A stretch of 63,769 nt of DNA, the filler included, from Octopus bimaculoides (taxonomy: Eukaryota), in assembly GCF_001194135.2 (NCBI RefSeq). It is 6 parts of 6 records of this genome, joined end to end, with 100 filler letters (N's around TTAATTAATTAA, not from the genome) between each part and the next. Parts side by side here need not be neighbours in the genome. Positions count along the whole stretch, not along the records: positions 9,546 to 35,461 come from NC_069006.1; 5 more parts are not named here. One strand, given 5' to 3'. A program made the position numbers and the translations under genes. Shown here one piece after another: positions 13,874 to 28,262 of the stretch (positions within the stretch are counted from its first letter, which is position 1; the number at the start of each line of letters is the position of its first letter). The notes beneath the pieces are model-generated. The model saw only the letters and a program-made list of their open reading frames with translations. It did no database searches and was not told the DNA's origin.

Positions 13874-13936
13874 TTTGTCAGAAGTGGTCTGAACACGAAG
13901 ACGGAGTCTTAGCATATCATCTCCAGAATGAAGAAA
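13874..13936 (+). CDS. CCDC50: CCDC50-like gene, internal coding exon A (phase 1-1): (V)CQKWSEHEDGVLAYHLQNEE
   Basis: ttgcag|TT...AAA|gtaagt. The 63-bp peptide matches the CCDC50 N-terminal motif VCxxxxxxEDxxLAxxLQxxEI as recalled from the human protein, and joins in frame to 30963. Confidence 0.8.
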
Positions 13937-14790
13937 GTAAGTGAAACTAATTATTTTTTAGTAATCAGTCAGACCAGGTCCCTAACTTGAGAACATGTCC
14001 CTTCTTTCTTCCTATCAGTCACTAAATCCCTGTAAAAACAATTGGAAGGCTAGTCATAGATTCTACTCCTCTCCGAATATGTCATTAAAACAGTTGGGCT
14101 GTACGTCAATAATTTAGCTGTCTGCAGTGAGTTTCTATCCACCCAACAAAAGAGCCTCTGTGGACTCTCACAACCTGCTAGAAACAGCAGCCAAATCTGT
14201 TTCAAATCATACCCTACTGATTTAAATAGGGAAAAATCATCATCGTCATCATCTTGATATCCACTTTTTCATGCTTGCATGGGTCAGGTGAGATTTGTTG
14301 AGGTAGATTCTCTATGGCTGGCTGCCCTTCCTGTCACCAAACCAATCAAGGTAATATTTCCTCATGGCTTGTTATGTTTTCATGGAGGGGTGGAAACAAA
14401 TGACATCACTTGCATGATGGTGACGCTCTTATGCATTTTGTGTATGTGTGTGTAACAGTGATGCTTGTTTACAACCAATATATGATGTCAACACAAGGGT
14501 ACATATGCATGCACACACAACACACACACACCTCACGATCATCATTTCAAGTTCATGCTGACATGTGCTAGACAGTTTGATAGGATTCAATTGCTCCAAG
14601 GACTGCATTATGCTCCAGTGTCTGCTTCGGCTGGATACCTTACCTAATGCCAACCATTCTACAGCATGTACTAGGTGCTTTTTTTTTCTTCTTGTGCCAC
14701 CTGCACTAGTGAGGTTGCTATGCATCTTGCATAACTACAGAGCCTGACGGGTAGATCCTCTTTATTCTAGGAGATGCGGAAAAGGTGAGG

Positions 14791-14923
14791 GACGTGCACT
14801 CATAAGGCTTTGGTCAGTCTGAAGCTGTAGTAGAAAACACTTGCCCAAAGTGCCAAACAGTGGGACTGAACTTGAAACCTCATGGTTGAAAAGCAAATTT
14901 AACCACACAACCATGTCTGTGCC
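14791..14923 (-). mobile_element. SINE family A heads in antisense (also ~25845-25992, 29588-29730, 41842-41985)
   Basis: Reverse complements contain the (ACC)TTGGGCAAGTGT(T/C)TTCTA core and the upstream tRNA-like head. Confidence 0.65.
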
Positions 14924-16189
14924 TATGTTAAGTAATTTTAGCTCTAGATGCATTATATTTGTAAAAGAAAACCTGGGACCGTTGGGGCTGACCTAGCAAT
15001 AAATACACAACTACCTATGAGCAATTATGCTTTAGCATCTTATATAAAGGAAGGTTGTATTATATAATGTATAATATATGTGGTATGCTTGAATAATAGT
15101 CACAAAATGAAGGTCTTTGAGTGGTAGCTTGGTTGCCAGGCAACGTGGACATTATGATTTCTTTGAAATACCTTCCTCCTCTCCTTCACTGCTTTATATT
15201 AATTGTGTCCTATCTCTGCAAACATCTGAACAACACCATACCAGTGGTATGCTATGGGAGTGGGAAACAGATTCAGCTCTGGTGATGTAACAATGCGGGA
15301 CTGTCAAAACTGCTAGGAGCTCTGTTGTATATCTGTGTGTGTGTGTGTGTATATACATGCACACACTTATTATATACTTGTTTATACATATATACACACA
15401 GACATGTTATGTACGTGTGAATGATATGTATATATATATGTGTGTATGTTTGAGATTATAAAGAAGTAAAAAGCTGAATGCAGTAGTAGGAGTAACACAC
15501 ACACACACACACACACACGCTGAGACTACACTGTTACTTGTCAGTTTTACAAATAACTGTTGCTGTTCAGTAAACATTCGTAAAACTCTGAGTAGTCAGG
15601 GTAATCTCAGTATTAGAATGTGTGAGTATATATANNNNNNNNNNNNNNNNNNNNNNNNNNNNNNNNNNNNNNNNNNNNNNNNNNNNNNNNNNNNNNNNNN
15701 NNNNNNNNNNNNNNNNNNNNNNNNNNNNNNNNNNNNNNNNNNNNNNNNNNNNNNNNNNNNNNNNNNNNNNNNNNNNNNNNNNNNNNNNNNNNNNNNNNNN
15801 NNNNNNNNNNNNNNNNNNNNNNNNNNNNNNNNNNNNNNNNNNNNNNNNNNNNNNNNNNNNNNNNNNNNNNNNNNNNNNNNNNNNNNNNNNNNNNNNNNNN
15901 NNNNNNNNNNNNNNNNNNNNNNNNNNNNNNNNNNNNNNNNNNNNNNNNNNNNNNNNNNNNNNNNNNNNNNNNNNNNNNNNNNNNNNNNNNNNNNNNNNNN
16001 NNNNNNNNNNNNNNNNNNNNNNNNNNNNNNNNNNNNNNNNNNNNNNNNNNNNNNNNNNNNNNNNNNNNNNNNNNNNNNNNNNNNNNNNNNNNNNNNNNNN
16101 NNNNNNNNNNNNNNNNNNNNNNNNNNNNNNNNNNNNNNNNNNNNNNNNNNNNNNNNNNNNNNNNNNNNNNNNNNNNNNNNNNNNNNNNN

Positions 16190-16234
<45 letters not shown>

Positions 16235-16243
16235 CATACACAA

Positions 16244-16407
16244 GCGCAGGAGTGGCTGTGTGATAAGATGCTTGCTTCCCAACCACATGGTTCCGGGTTC
16301 AGTCTCACTGCTTGGCACCTGGGGCAAGTGTCTTCTACTATAGCCTCGGGCTGACCAAAGCCTTATAAATGGGTTTGGCAGATGGAAACTGAAAGAAGCT
16401 CATCGTG
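16244..16407 (+). mobile_element. SINE family A, 5' half
   Basis: GCGCAGGAGTGGCTGTGTG A box, GGTTCAGTCTC B-box-like motif, and GGGGCAAGTGTCTTCTAC core. Confidence 0.85.
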
Positions 16408-16417
16408 TATGTGTATG

Positions 16418-16451
<34 letters not shown>

Positions 16452-16452
<1 letters not shown>

Positions 16453-17364
16453 CTGAGGACATGTGTAAGCTCGCAAGGAATGAAGCCAGTATGCTCCGCT
16501 GGATGTGTAATGTAAATGTGCATACCCATCAGAGTGTAAGTATCTTGGGAGAAAAGCTGAACATAAGAAGCATCAGTTGTGGTGTGCAAGAGAGACGATT
16601 GCGCTGGTTTGGACATGTGGTGAGAATGAATGAGGATAGCTGCGTGAAAAAGTGCCACNNNNNNNNNNNNNNNNNNNNNNNNNNNNNNNNNNNNNNNNNN
16701 NNNNNNNNNNNNNNNNNNNNNNNNNNNNNNNNNNNNNNNNNNNNNNNNNNNNNNNNNNNNNNNNNNNNNNNNNNNNNNNNNNNNNNNNNNNNNNNNNNNN
16801 NNNNNNNNNNNNNNNNNNNNNNNNNNNNNNNNNNNNNNNNNNNNNNNNNNNNNNNNNNNNNNNNNNNNNNNNNNNNNNNNNNNNNNNNNNNNNNNNNNNN
16901 NNNNNNNNNNNNNNNNNNNNNNNNNNNNNNNNNNNNNNNNNNNNNNNNNNNNNNNNNNNNNNNNNNNNNNNNNNNNNNNNNNNNNNNNNNNNNNNNNNNN
17001 NNNNNNNNNNNNNNNNNNNNNNNNNNNCGATGACTACTGACCGAGACCTTTGGAAATGTGCTGTGCGTGAGAAGACCCGGCAAGCCAAGTGAGATCGTTG
17101 CCAGTGCCCCTGGACTGGCTCTTGTGCGGGTGGCACATAAATGACACCATTTCGAGCGTGGCCGTTTTTGTGCGGGTGACACGTAAAAGCACCCACTACA
17201 CTCTGAGTGGTTGGCGTTAGGAAGGGCATCCAGCTGTAGAAACTCTGCCAAATTAGATTGGAGCTTGGTGTTGCCATCCGGTTGCACCAGTCCTCAGTCA
17301 AATCGTCCAACCCATGCTAGCATGGAAAGCAGACGTTAAACAATGATGATGATGATGATGATGA
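16452..17364 (+). mobile_element. RTE-clade LINE, 5'-truncated 3' end with (GAT)n tail
   Basis: Translation LARNEASMLRWMCNV...VQERRLRWFGHVVRMNEDSCVKKC [gap] MTTDRDLWKCAVREKTRQAK*, typical of an RTE ORF C-terminus (RRLRWFGHV, DRxxWR). Followed by a 3' UTR and GATGATGAT. Confidence 0.85.
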
Positions 17365-17366
17365 TA

Positions 17367-17864
17367 TATATGGTGTCCCAAAATTCACTGATGGGTTTCA
17401 GTTTTTAATAAGAGAAACAATGCAGTTGCTACAGCAGACCTTTGGAGAGAGAATAATCTCCCGCTACAGCAATGTCATCTGGCCTTCACATTCCCCAGAC
17501 TTGATTAGCCCAGATTTTTTCTCATGGGGATACCTGAAAGAGAGGGTTTACGTCAACAAACCGGAGACCCTGGTGCAACTGAAGGAGAACATCAATAGAG
17601 AAATCAGAGAAGTGGGGTCTGAAACTCTTGAAGGGTGTTATGGTACAAGTTTTGGAAAGAGCACGGGCACATGAAGCCGAAAATGACTGCCGTTTAAGCA
17701 ATGTCATACATCATATGTGATGTAGTGGTGTTGCAAAATTTGACTTGTGCTTATTAATTTCCATTATGTCCTTTATATTGTATCGAAGTTTCATGCATTC
17801 ATTTGTAAAGTTAAGGAAATTATTAAAATTTGAAACCCATCAGTGACTTTTGGGACACTCTGTA
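17367..17864 (+). mobile_element. internally deleted Tc1/mariner element
   Basis: TIRs of about 38 bp (GTGTCCCAAAATTCACTGATGGGTTTCA / TGAAACCCATCAGTGACTTTTGGGACAC) with TA ends. ORF 17420-17674 contains WPSHSPDLISPDFFSWGYLKERVY (WPxxSPDL...DFFLWGYLK motif). Confidence 0.9.
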
Positions 17865-18794
17865 TTTGTGTGTTTGTGTTTGTCCCTATACCATTGTTTT
17901 ACAACCAATGCTGGTGTGTTTATGTCTCTGTAACTTAGAGGTTTGGCAAAACAGAGCAATAGAATAAGTACTGGGCTTACAAAAACGTAAGTCCTGGGAT
18001 CAATTTGTTCAACTAAAGGCGGTGCTCCAGCATGACCGCAGTCAAATGGCTGAAACAAATAAAAAAATATATATGTATGTGTTTGTGAATGCATGTGAGT
18101 TTATATTGTGTATGTATGAACACTTACATGAGTGTATGTGTGTATAATGCATATAAAATATCTGAATGTAATTATAACCAAGATATATTATTTCTTGTCA
18201 TGTTTCTTTGGTTACTGTGGGTGATGGTGGGAGATATGGAGGTGGCATTAAGTGGTCAGGCAAGTGTGTGTGTGTGTGTGTGTGTGTTATAGATGTAAGG
18301 TATGGTGTACTGTTGTGATGAATGTATGTATATAAAGTGTAATGTAGTAGTTAGTGTGTATGTGATGGACATATGATAGATGGAGGTATATAAAGTGTGT
18401 AATTGTGTGTGGGTGTGTGTGTGTGTGGGTGTGTGTGTGTGTGGGTGTGTGGTATGATAGATGTATGTAAGGTATGGCATACTATTATGTATTGTGTTAG
18501 AGAGAGAGAGAAAGGGAGAGATGGAAATAATAGAGGTATGTGTATAAGGAAGTGTGTATTATGGTATGTGTGTGAGGTATCATGTACTATTGTGTGTGTG
18601 TGGTGTGATATCCTGATGTGTGTATGAGGTGTTATGTACTGTTGTGTGTGAATCCTGATATAATGTGAGGTGTGATGTCTCTATTTCCATTGCACCCTTC
18701 CTTGTTATTTTGATGTAAGCCACATAGTCCCTGCTGGTGTAACACCACCCACACTCTCCGCGCACCACCCACTCTCTCCACATGCTACCCACAC

Positions 18795-18876
18795 TCGCTA
18801 CACCTACATTCACTGCGCTACACCCACACTCACTGCGCTACACCCACACTCACTGCGCTGCGCTGCACCCACACTC
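18795..18876. repeat. 20-bp minisatellite CACTGCGCTACACCCACACT, about 4 copies
   Basis: Directly visible. Confidence 0.85.
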
Positions 18877-18963
18877 ACCACACACACACACCATACTGCT
18901 TACGTCCAACCCACACCTTAGTAATAAACATAAACAATACACCTGAAAATACACGTGTGTGTG

Positions 18964-19044
<81 letters not shown>

Positions 19045-20893
19045 ATATATATATATATATATATATATAAATATGATTATATAATCATGTATACACAAAC
19101 GCCTAACTCTCACATCAGTAAACATCAACAACACACCTGAGCATACACACATACATAACCTATAGTCGTTATCTCTCTTATCTGATCCAGACTATATATA
19201 TATATATTTATACACACACACACACACACACACACAAGATAACTGAGATTCTTTCCTTGTTGATCAAAACATTCTGAGTTACCATTTTCTCTTTGCTGAA
19301 TGCTGGAAGGTCAACAAACCAAGAAGGGAATGCTCACCCTGCTAGAAAAAGTAGTCAGATCTCCCTCATATCATACCTTATCTTAAAAATAAGGATAGCT
19401 AAATAATTCATCTAGAACATCTTGGATCATCTGTCTACCTAAGCAGAGCTGAGTTGACCTACGGTTAAACAAGCAAGCACTATTTAGCCTTAAAATCATT
19501 TTATGCTGATTAGATTCACTTTGTTCCAGTTGTGGATTTCACAAATTACGTATGTACTCTAGAACTTAAAATGTATATTTGCCCTCTCAATCGTCATATG
19601 CTTTTAATATCCGTCTTCAATGCTGGCCTGTATTGAGCAGTTTGACAGGATCTGACTGGTCAAAGAAGTGCGTCAGGCAAGAAGTGGACACCATTTCTAA
19701 TGCCAACCATTTTTACAGTGTACTGATGCTTATTATTATTATTATTTTTCTTTTATGTCACAAACATTAGTGAAGTCACCAGGCAACTTAGAAGACGGAG
19801 AGCCTTTCCAACTGAGTAAATCTTCAGTTGAGTGGGAGTCAACTTTATACTAGGAGATGACAGGTCAAAAAGTATGAAAGAATGGGCCAGAACAGGTTTC
19901 TTGCTGGAGAGAAGTTACATAACTGCTCGTATTATTATAGAAGAAAGATTGTAAGTAACTAAGGTGGAGCTAGGAAGAGATAAAGAAAATATTGGTGATG
20001 AGGTGTTTGTGTGGACCTTCTACATACAAGAAGGTGAATGCGAGCAGGGAAAGAAGAGCAGGGAGTATGAATGAGTAGAGATTGCAAGAGCATGTGGGTT
20101 GAGTGTTGGATAGGGTAGAGGTGAGAGGGGTGAATATAATGAATGGGATGAGGGGTGGTCAATGATAAGTATTAGTAAGAGGAGAAGGTAGGTGATGACT
20201 GTAGAAAGTGGTTAGAGTTGAGTGATGGACAAGAATAGAGGGGCATTTGATGATACATGTGAGTTAAGGGAGGTGATGGATGACCATACTAAAAGGAGTC
20301 AAGAGTTTAACTGCCACTTGCGAGTAAGATCTAATTGTTTAAGGTGTGTTTCTTGTCAGGAGCAGTCAAAGACCCTCCTCAATCAACTCTCACCTTTTCA
20401 CTCAGAACATCAAAGGTGTAACAGTTGGAAGAGCAGAGAGCTGTCCCAGCAGTCAACTGAGAGCCATTTTCAGCTGTGTACACTAGAAATGCTGTACCTT
20501 GCTCAAGGACACAATATGTCACCATATTCAAGGTTCAAAGCCACAACCTATGATTGTGTACGTACACACACATACACAAACACACACACACCTCACTACC
20601 ACACAACACAATGTATCCTGACACAGTAATATGTCGTGTCTCTCAAAATTGTGGGTCGGTGCCTCCATTGAGGAGCCAATCCTATCTGTAATGTATGAGG
20701 TAGAGCAAGCTGTTCTATAGCCATGCTCATCCTGGGGCAGGCTGCTGCTGTTTAGTTCCTGGTGAACCCTCATTCCATGATATTGTGATTTAATGGAAAT
20801 TTGACTACTATTTCTAGCAGGTCAAAGGTTCTCCTCAGTGGATTTCAGAGTAGGCCAACAACCCACATCTCTTTCTACCTCTTATTCTCTCTT

Positions 20894-20968
<75 letters not shown>

Positions 20969-21643
20969 ATTTACCTGGGGGTTTATCTCCACGTTTCCTT
21001 CTCTCCACCCCAAATCACTTGCTTCAGCCACCCAACTATTTCTTTTTTTTTTTTTTACTCTTACCTCCCACTACCAGATTGGAAGGAGGAAGTTGAAAGA
21101 AAATTGACTGATCCATTGAGTGGGTGTGATGGGTGAATGCAAAGTAGAGCGGGGGTGGATGGCATGATGAGGTATAGAGGTTGGGGTAGACGATAAGGAC
21201 GATGATGTTGTTGGATTTCTAACCAGGCTGTGATTACTGTATGGAGGGTAGGTAGATTAGGGGGTGGATGTCAGGGTGGCTTGTACGTTTCTCTGTATTT
21301 GTGTATATGTGTGTGTATCTCTGTTAGTGTGTATCTGTTAATGTGTCTAGTATTTGCCTGTCGGTGTGTGTGTGTGTGTGTGCGTATGTCTCCCCACCTC
21401 TCTCTTTCTGTATGTAAATATTTAATGTATGTACCCGTGTGTCTGTGTCATTCACTGTCATGTCTCCATCTGTGTTTTCTCTGTGTATATGTATTTACGT
21501 GTGTGTGTGTGTGTGTGTGTGTGAAAGTACGACAGGTATTAAATACACCGTATCACCTGGTTTTCTCCAATCTCCTTCTGACCTACTTAACCTGGATTGA
21601 TTGGACAATAGGACACATTTACCGTCAGGCTCTATAACATACT

Positions 21644-21684
<41 letters not shown>

Positions 21685-22219
21685 ATATTAACCCTCCCGC
21701 ATATGTAATGTGCACATAAGTATCCATGTACACTTACATATATATTCATGCAAACATAGCATTCACAATGTCACACACGTGGACTCCAGCATTGGTCACT
21801 CTATCATACTTTTATTTAATAGGCTCTCTCCTTCTTCTCCCTCTCGCTGATCAATATCTCTTACTTTTCCTCTTACACCATAACTCTCTTCCGACTCCTC
21901 ACTTCTTTCTCCTTCTTACCCTGTCATCTCCCCTCTCTCTCTCTCTCTCTCTCTCTCCTACATTCTCTTTTGTCTCTTCTCATACAATCACTACTCTCCC
22001 CTTTGCCTCGTTCCTCTATCACTCCTCCCCTATCGACAGCTGTCACTCCCTTCAACACCACCATCAATTACCTGTCTCTCACACGCACAAAACACAATCT
22101 GCTGTCTTTCATACAAGGTAAGAACAAACTTCACCTCTTATAAACATTCGCTTCCTCTTAATATATAGCAATATAGAGTAATACATATAAATATAGTATA
22201 ATATATATATAAAGAGAGA

Positions 22220-22225
22220 GAGATG

Positions 22226-22256
<31 letters not shown>

Positions 22257-22296
22257 AGTGTGTGTATGTGCGTGTGTGTGTATGTGCGTGTGTGTG

Positions 22297-22341
<45 letters not shown>

Positions 22342-22419
22342 NNNNNNNNNNTATAAAGTGTGTGTATGTGCGCGTGTGTATATATATATATATATATGCG
22401 CACGTAGAAATATCATTGT

Positions 22420-22453
<34 letters not shown>

Positions 22454-22708
22454 CGCACAATTCTTTATATATGCATGTGTATATGTGATTGCGTGTGTAT
22501 ATGTGTTTGTGTGTATGTATGGATATATATATGTGTGTGTGTGTATGTGCATATATGTGATTGTGTGTGTATATATGTGCTTGTGTGTGTATATATACAT
22601 ACGCTTCTGTGTGTCTGTGTATGTATATATATATATATACGCTTGTAAGTATGTATATATGTATATACGCTTCTGTGTGTGTGTATATATATGCGCTTGT
22701 ATGTTGTG

Positions 22709-22757
<49 letters not shown>

Positions 22758-22800
22758 CCACACATACATACATACATACATACATACATGTGTGTGTAGT
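22220..22800. repeat. long compound (TA)n/(TG)n/(CA)n microsatellite field (similar fields at 1-200, 1850-2156, 4520-5150, 18950-19240, 58965-59470)
   Basis: Directly visible; source of the HT/CV/YI ORFs. Confidence 0.95.
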
Positions 22801-24940
22801 CACTTCTCTTTACTGAATTTCGAAAAAGTACCGCTAACTATAAAGTGGATTTTTTTCCTTCTGCGTACTATATATNNNNNNNNNNNNNNNNNNNNNNNNN
22901 NNNNNNNNNNNNNNNNNNNNNNNNNNNNNNNNNNNNNNNNNNNNNNNNNNNNNNNNNNNNNNNNNNNNNNNNNNNNNNNNNNNNNNNNNNNNNNNNNNNN
23001 NNNNNNNNNNNNNNNNNNNNNNNNNNNNNNNNNNNNNNNNNNNNNNNNNNNNNNNNNNNNNNNNNNNNNNNNNNNNNNNNNNNNNNNNNNNNNNNNNNNN
23101 NNNNNNNNNNNNNNNNNNNNNNNNNNNNNNNNNNNNNNNNNNNNNNNNNNNNNNNNNNNNNNNNNNNNNNNNNNNNNNNNNNNNNNNNNNNNNNNNNNNN
23201 NNNNNNNNNNNNNNNNNNNNNNNNNNNNNNNNNNNNNNNNNNNNNNNNNNNNNNNNNNNNNNNNNNNNNNNNNNNNNNNNNNNNNNNNNNNNNNNNNNNN
23301 NNNNNNNNNNNNNNNNNNNNNNNNNNNNNNNNNNNNNNNNNNNNNNNNNNNNNNNNNNNNNNNNNNNNNNNNNNNNNNNNNNNNNNNNNNNNNNNNNNNN
23401 NNNNNNNNNNNNNNNNNNNNNNNNNNNNNNNNNNNNNNNNNNNNNNNNNNNNNNNNNNNNNNNNNNNNNNNNNNNNNNNNNNNNNNNNNNNNNNNNNNNN
23501 NNNNNNNNNNNNNNNNNNNNNNNNNNNNNNNNNNNNNNNNNNNNNNNNNNNNNNNNNNNNNNNNNNNNNNNNNNNNNNNNNNNNNNNNNNNNNNNNNNNN
23601 NNNNGCGTGGTGGGGTATACTTATGTGTTTGTATATACTTATATGTGTTTGTATAGGTGTGTGTATGTGTTTGTAAAGCAATCGGCTTGATGCGATATTA
23701 TTTTTATAATTACACCTCACGTCATGCAAAAGTTATCTTCTAACTTTGGTTTGAAACCTTGACTGTCCACCCAATGTCGTCAGGTAGACATAACATTGAC
23801 TGCGAGCGAGAAAGAGATGTGTGTTTAGACAGAATTACAAATGTTCAGGAAATGAGAGATGGGGCTGGGCCTCTTTTTTTTTTTTAAATAGGTTTAAGGA
23901 AGAGTTATTTTCTATTCATATAAATATGTGTGTGGGTGTATATAGTGTGTGTATGCGCACACATATATACACAGAATATATATTTTGAATAATATATACA
24001 AAAAAAGGGCACAGGTATGTGTGTGTGTGAGAGATTTATATTTGTGTACACACACACACACACACAGAGGTATGGACATCTTTCTGGGTAATTGAGTCAT
24101 CGTAGTTACTTCAGTGACTTAAATCTGTGGCTGACTACAGACATTTTAGTATTTATTACATAAAGGATAGTTTTACAGGGGAGTGAGTAGCTGTCTGGCT
24201 GGATGGCTCTCTACCCAACTAACTCTACCCGTGTAAGTATACACTGTATAAGCTGCAGGCTTTTACTGTGGTATAAACAAAACGATGACTGTACACATAC
24301 ACACGTCTAGCTTTTATTTCCGCTTCTATTGTTTTAACATGGGCCATTACTAAGTTGGCCATTTCTATTGACCATCTTTGTCTCCATATAAAGGTGTCAT
24401 TATGGTTGTTTCAGCCTGCTAGAAATAGCAGCGCAAATCACACTAACACTGAATTAACACCCTACTCTCCTTTTTGAAAGGAAGCAGACCTGGAGAAGAG
24501 ATTTCATATCATTGATGAGGTTGCAAATGGCGACAAAAGGACTTCTTAAAAAATACCTAGCTGCTTGATGAATTGACCAATCAATTGGTTCAATGGTGAA
24601 CCAATTGACTAATAATAATAAGTGAAATAGAACTATTTGAGAATCATATTGGCATAATGACCCTCCCAAGATGTGACAATTTAGCTCAAGATAATAATAG
24701 TAATAATGATTTCAAATTTTGACACAAGGCCAGCAATTTCAAGGGAGGAGATAAGTCAATTATATCAACTCCGACATTCAACTGGTACATATTTTATCAG
24801 CCCCAAAATGATGAAAGGCAAAGTCAACCTTGGTGTACTTTGTCGCTAAGCATTTTGTTTGATATGCTAATAATTCTGCCAGCTTGCTGCTTTCAATAAT
24901 GATGGTAATAACAAGAAACACAAAGCAAAATCTAAACATC

Positions 24941-24976
<36 letters not shown>

Positions 24977-26067
24977 TCTTTCCACTATAAGCACAAGGCC
25001 AGAAATTTTGGAGGAGGGGAAATACTTGATTTCATTGATCCCAGTGCACGACTGGTGCTTATTTCCTCAACGTTGAAAGGTGATGATGATGATAATAATA
25101 ATAATAATGATAATAATTCTTTCTACTCAAGGCACAAGGCCTGATATCTTTGAGTGGGGGACTAGTTGATTACATCAACCCCTGTGTTTCATTGGTACTC
25201 AATTTATCAACCCCAAAAGAATGAAAGGCAAAGCCGACCTCAGCAGAATTTAGCTATAATAAAAATTCTTAATTTTTGAGGGGAGGGGGGCAAGTCAATT
25301 ACATTAAGCCCAGTACTTGATAGGTACTTTATTTTCTCAATCCAGAAAGAGTTGACTTTGGCAGAATTTGAACTTAGAATATAATGATCTGGAAGAAAAT
25401 ACTGGAAAGCATTTTCTCCAATGTTTGTAATAGTTCTGCCAGCTCACCATCTTTATGATGATAATAATGAGCTTTGCATATACAGTGCTCAGATCCACTG
25501 CATCTCGTAAGCAAAGAGAGGATGAAACAAATGTAAGGCAAGTAAAGAAAGAAACAATGAAAGCTAGAAGTACATAGATACAGAATAAAACACAGAAAGA
25601 TTTTATAAGCCTTAGTATCGTCATCAATTTATGTGCACTTTTCTATGCTTTTATGGGCCAAATTGAATTTGTTGAGGTTGATTTTCTGCTACCAGATGCC
25701 CTTCCTGTTGCCAACTCTCACTTGTTTCCGAGCAACAGTATTTCATCCTGGAAGACAAGAAATGAACATCACTTATATGATAGTGATGCTCATTTACAAT
25801 CATCACATGATGTGAAGACAAGGGTGCACATGCACACGCACGCATACGACAAGCTTTCAGATTCCATCTAGGAAATTCCCCTCATAAGGCTTTGGTCAGC
25901 TCAGGATTATATTAGAAGACACCTGCCCAAGGTGACATGCAGTGGAACTGAACCTAAGACCACTTGATTAGGAAGCAAGCTTCTTAACCACACGTTTACA
26001 TCAGTCTCTTATGTCCAAACCAGAGTTGGGATGGTTACAGCCTTTTGTCTATAAGTATGATCATAAA

Positions 26068-26130
<63 letters not shown>

Positions 26131-27270
26131 AAGATACACACACACACACATGTTGAACCATGAGAATGAATGCTGAACACTGCATTGATGGATAAAATTT
26201 CTTTGTGTATTAAGGCTACCAGTGGTTTCATGTTAAGAAAAATATCTTAATATCTTAACAATTTTTCTAGCCAATCACATGGAGGGATGGTGGTCATCTC
26301 CATATATATGTGTGTGTATATAATTGAACAAAAGCGTAAACAGGCAGTCAATTTAATAACTGCTGACTGCTTGTTTGTTTTTTATTCAATTATACCTCTA
26401 CTAGCTTGGCCAATATATTGCTTATAGTTAATCTTCATTGTGGCAGATTTCACATCTCTGCACTCAACACTTGCGTTTTTAGGCTCCAATTCAACCTGAA
26501 CACTTGTTCTATGCACCTATTATTTAATGCCATTTGATATCTTATTACCCACAACTTAAATAAAAATCATAAACTAGAACAGTTTAAATGGCTATAGGGG
26601 GAGAATGGGATAGGTAGGCCAGTGTAGTTTTGTAATCCATACTAATGAAAAGCACTTAAATTAATCTGGAAAAAAAAAATTAATAAATCCTCCTACTTTG
26701 ACTGTAATCTCTTCTTCATCCTGTAACACTCCCCAGTCCCATCCACCCCTACCCTCAGCATCCCTAACAGGATTCAGATTACTTTAGTAAAAGATATATT
26801 TCCAGTTATGTTTATGTCATTGGTATTAAAAAGGTTTTGAAAGGTTTTGAATTACTGGGGATAATAATCATAGCTTATAGATTTGGGTTCATGGCTTATA
26901 GATTTGGGTTCATGATGCAACAATATTGGCCAAATAAACAATGATAGGGGTTTATGCATCATCGTCACCATTTACGGTGATGATGATGATGTCCCACACA
27001 TGTGGGCATGTGTGGGACAGTTTGACCCTTCTCAATACCAGCCACTTTAAAGGGTGGGCATTTATTTACACATGCATGCACACACACACACACACACCTG
27101 TTTGAATTCTTAATCAAGAAATATTTTTTAAAAACTACTCAATACATGATATAGAGTGTTTGTTATATTTCAAACTGAGGCTGCTTTTGTTATCACTCAG
27201 TTTCATGGAAATGAACTGCACAATATATATATATATACACATACAGGTACACACACACACAAACACACTG

Positions 27271-27556
27271 TGGCCGATGCCAATACCGCCTGACTGGCAC
27301 CCATGCTGGTGGCACGTAAAAAGCACCATTCGAGCATGGTCAATGCCAGAGCTGCTTGACTGGCTCCTGTGCTGGTGGCACATAAAAAGCACCCACTACA
27401 CTCTCGGAGTGGTTGGCATTAGGAAAGGCGTCCAACTGTAGAAACCTTGCCAGATCAGATTGGAGCCTGATGCAGCCTACTGGCTCGCCAGTCCTCAGTC
27501 AAACCGCCCAACCCATGCCAGCATGGAAAGCAGACATTAAATGATGATGATGATGA
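27271..27556 (+). mobile_element. RTE 3'-tail fragment with (GAT)n end (further copies: 36106-36315+, 41272-41439+, 54255-54483+, 37213-37322-, 39498-39597-, 48133-48311-)
   Basis: Same sequence as the 3' UTR at 17100-17364 (AGCACCCACTACACTCT...GTCCAACCCATGCTAGCATGGAAAGCGGACGTTAAA). Confidence 0.85.
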
Positions 27557-28102
27557 CACTGAGTATTATATGTTTATAACCAGCACTTCATCGAACAGCC
27601 CACTTGTGAGATTAACATTGCAAGTGGTCAAGTACTCCTCAGACATGTACCCCTAACGTAGTTCTCAGAGGGATTCAGTGTGTCACAGAATGTGACAAAG
27701 CTGGCCCTTTGAAATACAGGCTCTAATTTCTGCCAGCTGAGTGGACTGGAGCAATGGAAAATGAAGTGTCTTGCTCAAGAGCACAACACACCACTAAGTA
27801 TTATAAGAAGCTTTAAAAACCAACAAAAGTCTCAACGTTGGTGAAGGGTCCAAATGTTTTATTGAAACTTAAATGTGGTTGGAACTTTGGAGTTTTGTTA
27901 GCAGTGGCTCATCAGACAGAACTGCTGCCAGCAAAACTTCCAAGTCACACTCACCTTGCACTTATACAACATGCACACACACACATGCGCGCGCGCATGA
28001 CATGTGTGCTGTGGGGGAGAGAGAACTGGAGGGTGGGCCATGAGGATTATTCTCAGATTCAACAGTATAGATGGAAAGAGAAAATGTGTGTGTACATATA
28101 TT

Positions 28103-28262
28103 CACACACACACAATCATGAAGACACAATCGCGAACACACACACAATCACGAACACACACACACAATCATGAACACACACACACAATCACGAACACACA
28201 CACACAATCACGAACACACACACAATCACGAACACACACACAATCACGCACACACACACACA
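28103..28262. repeat. (CA)n-derived minisatellite, unit about ACACACAATCACGA
   Basis: Directly visible tandem copies. Confidence 0.85.
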
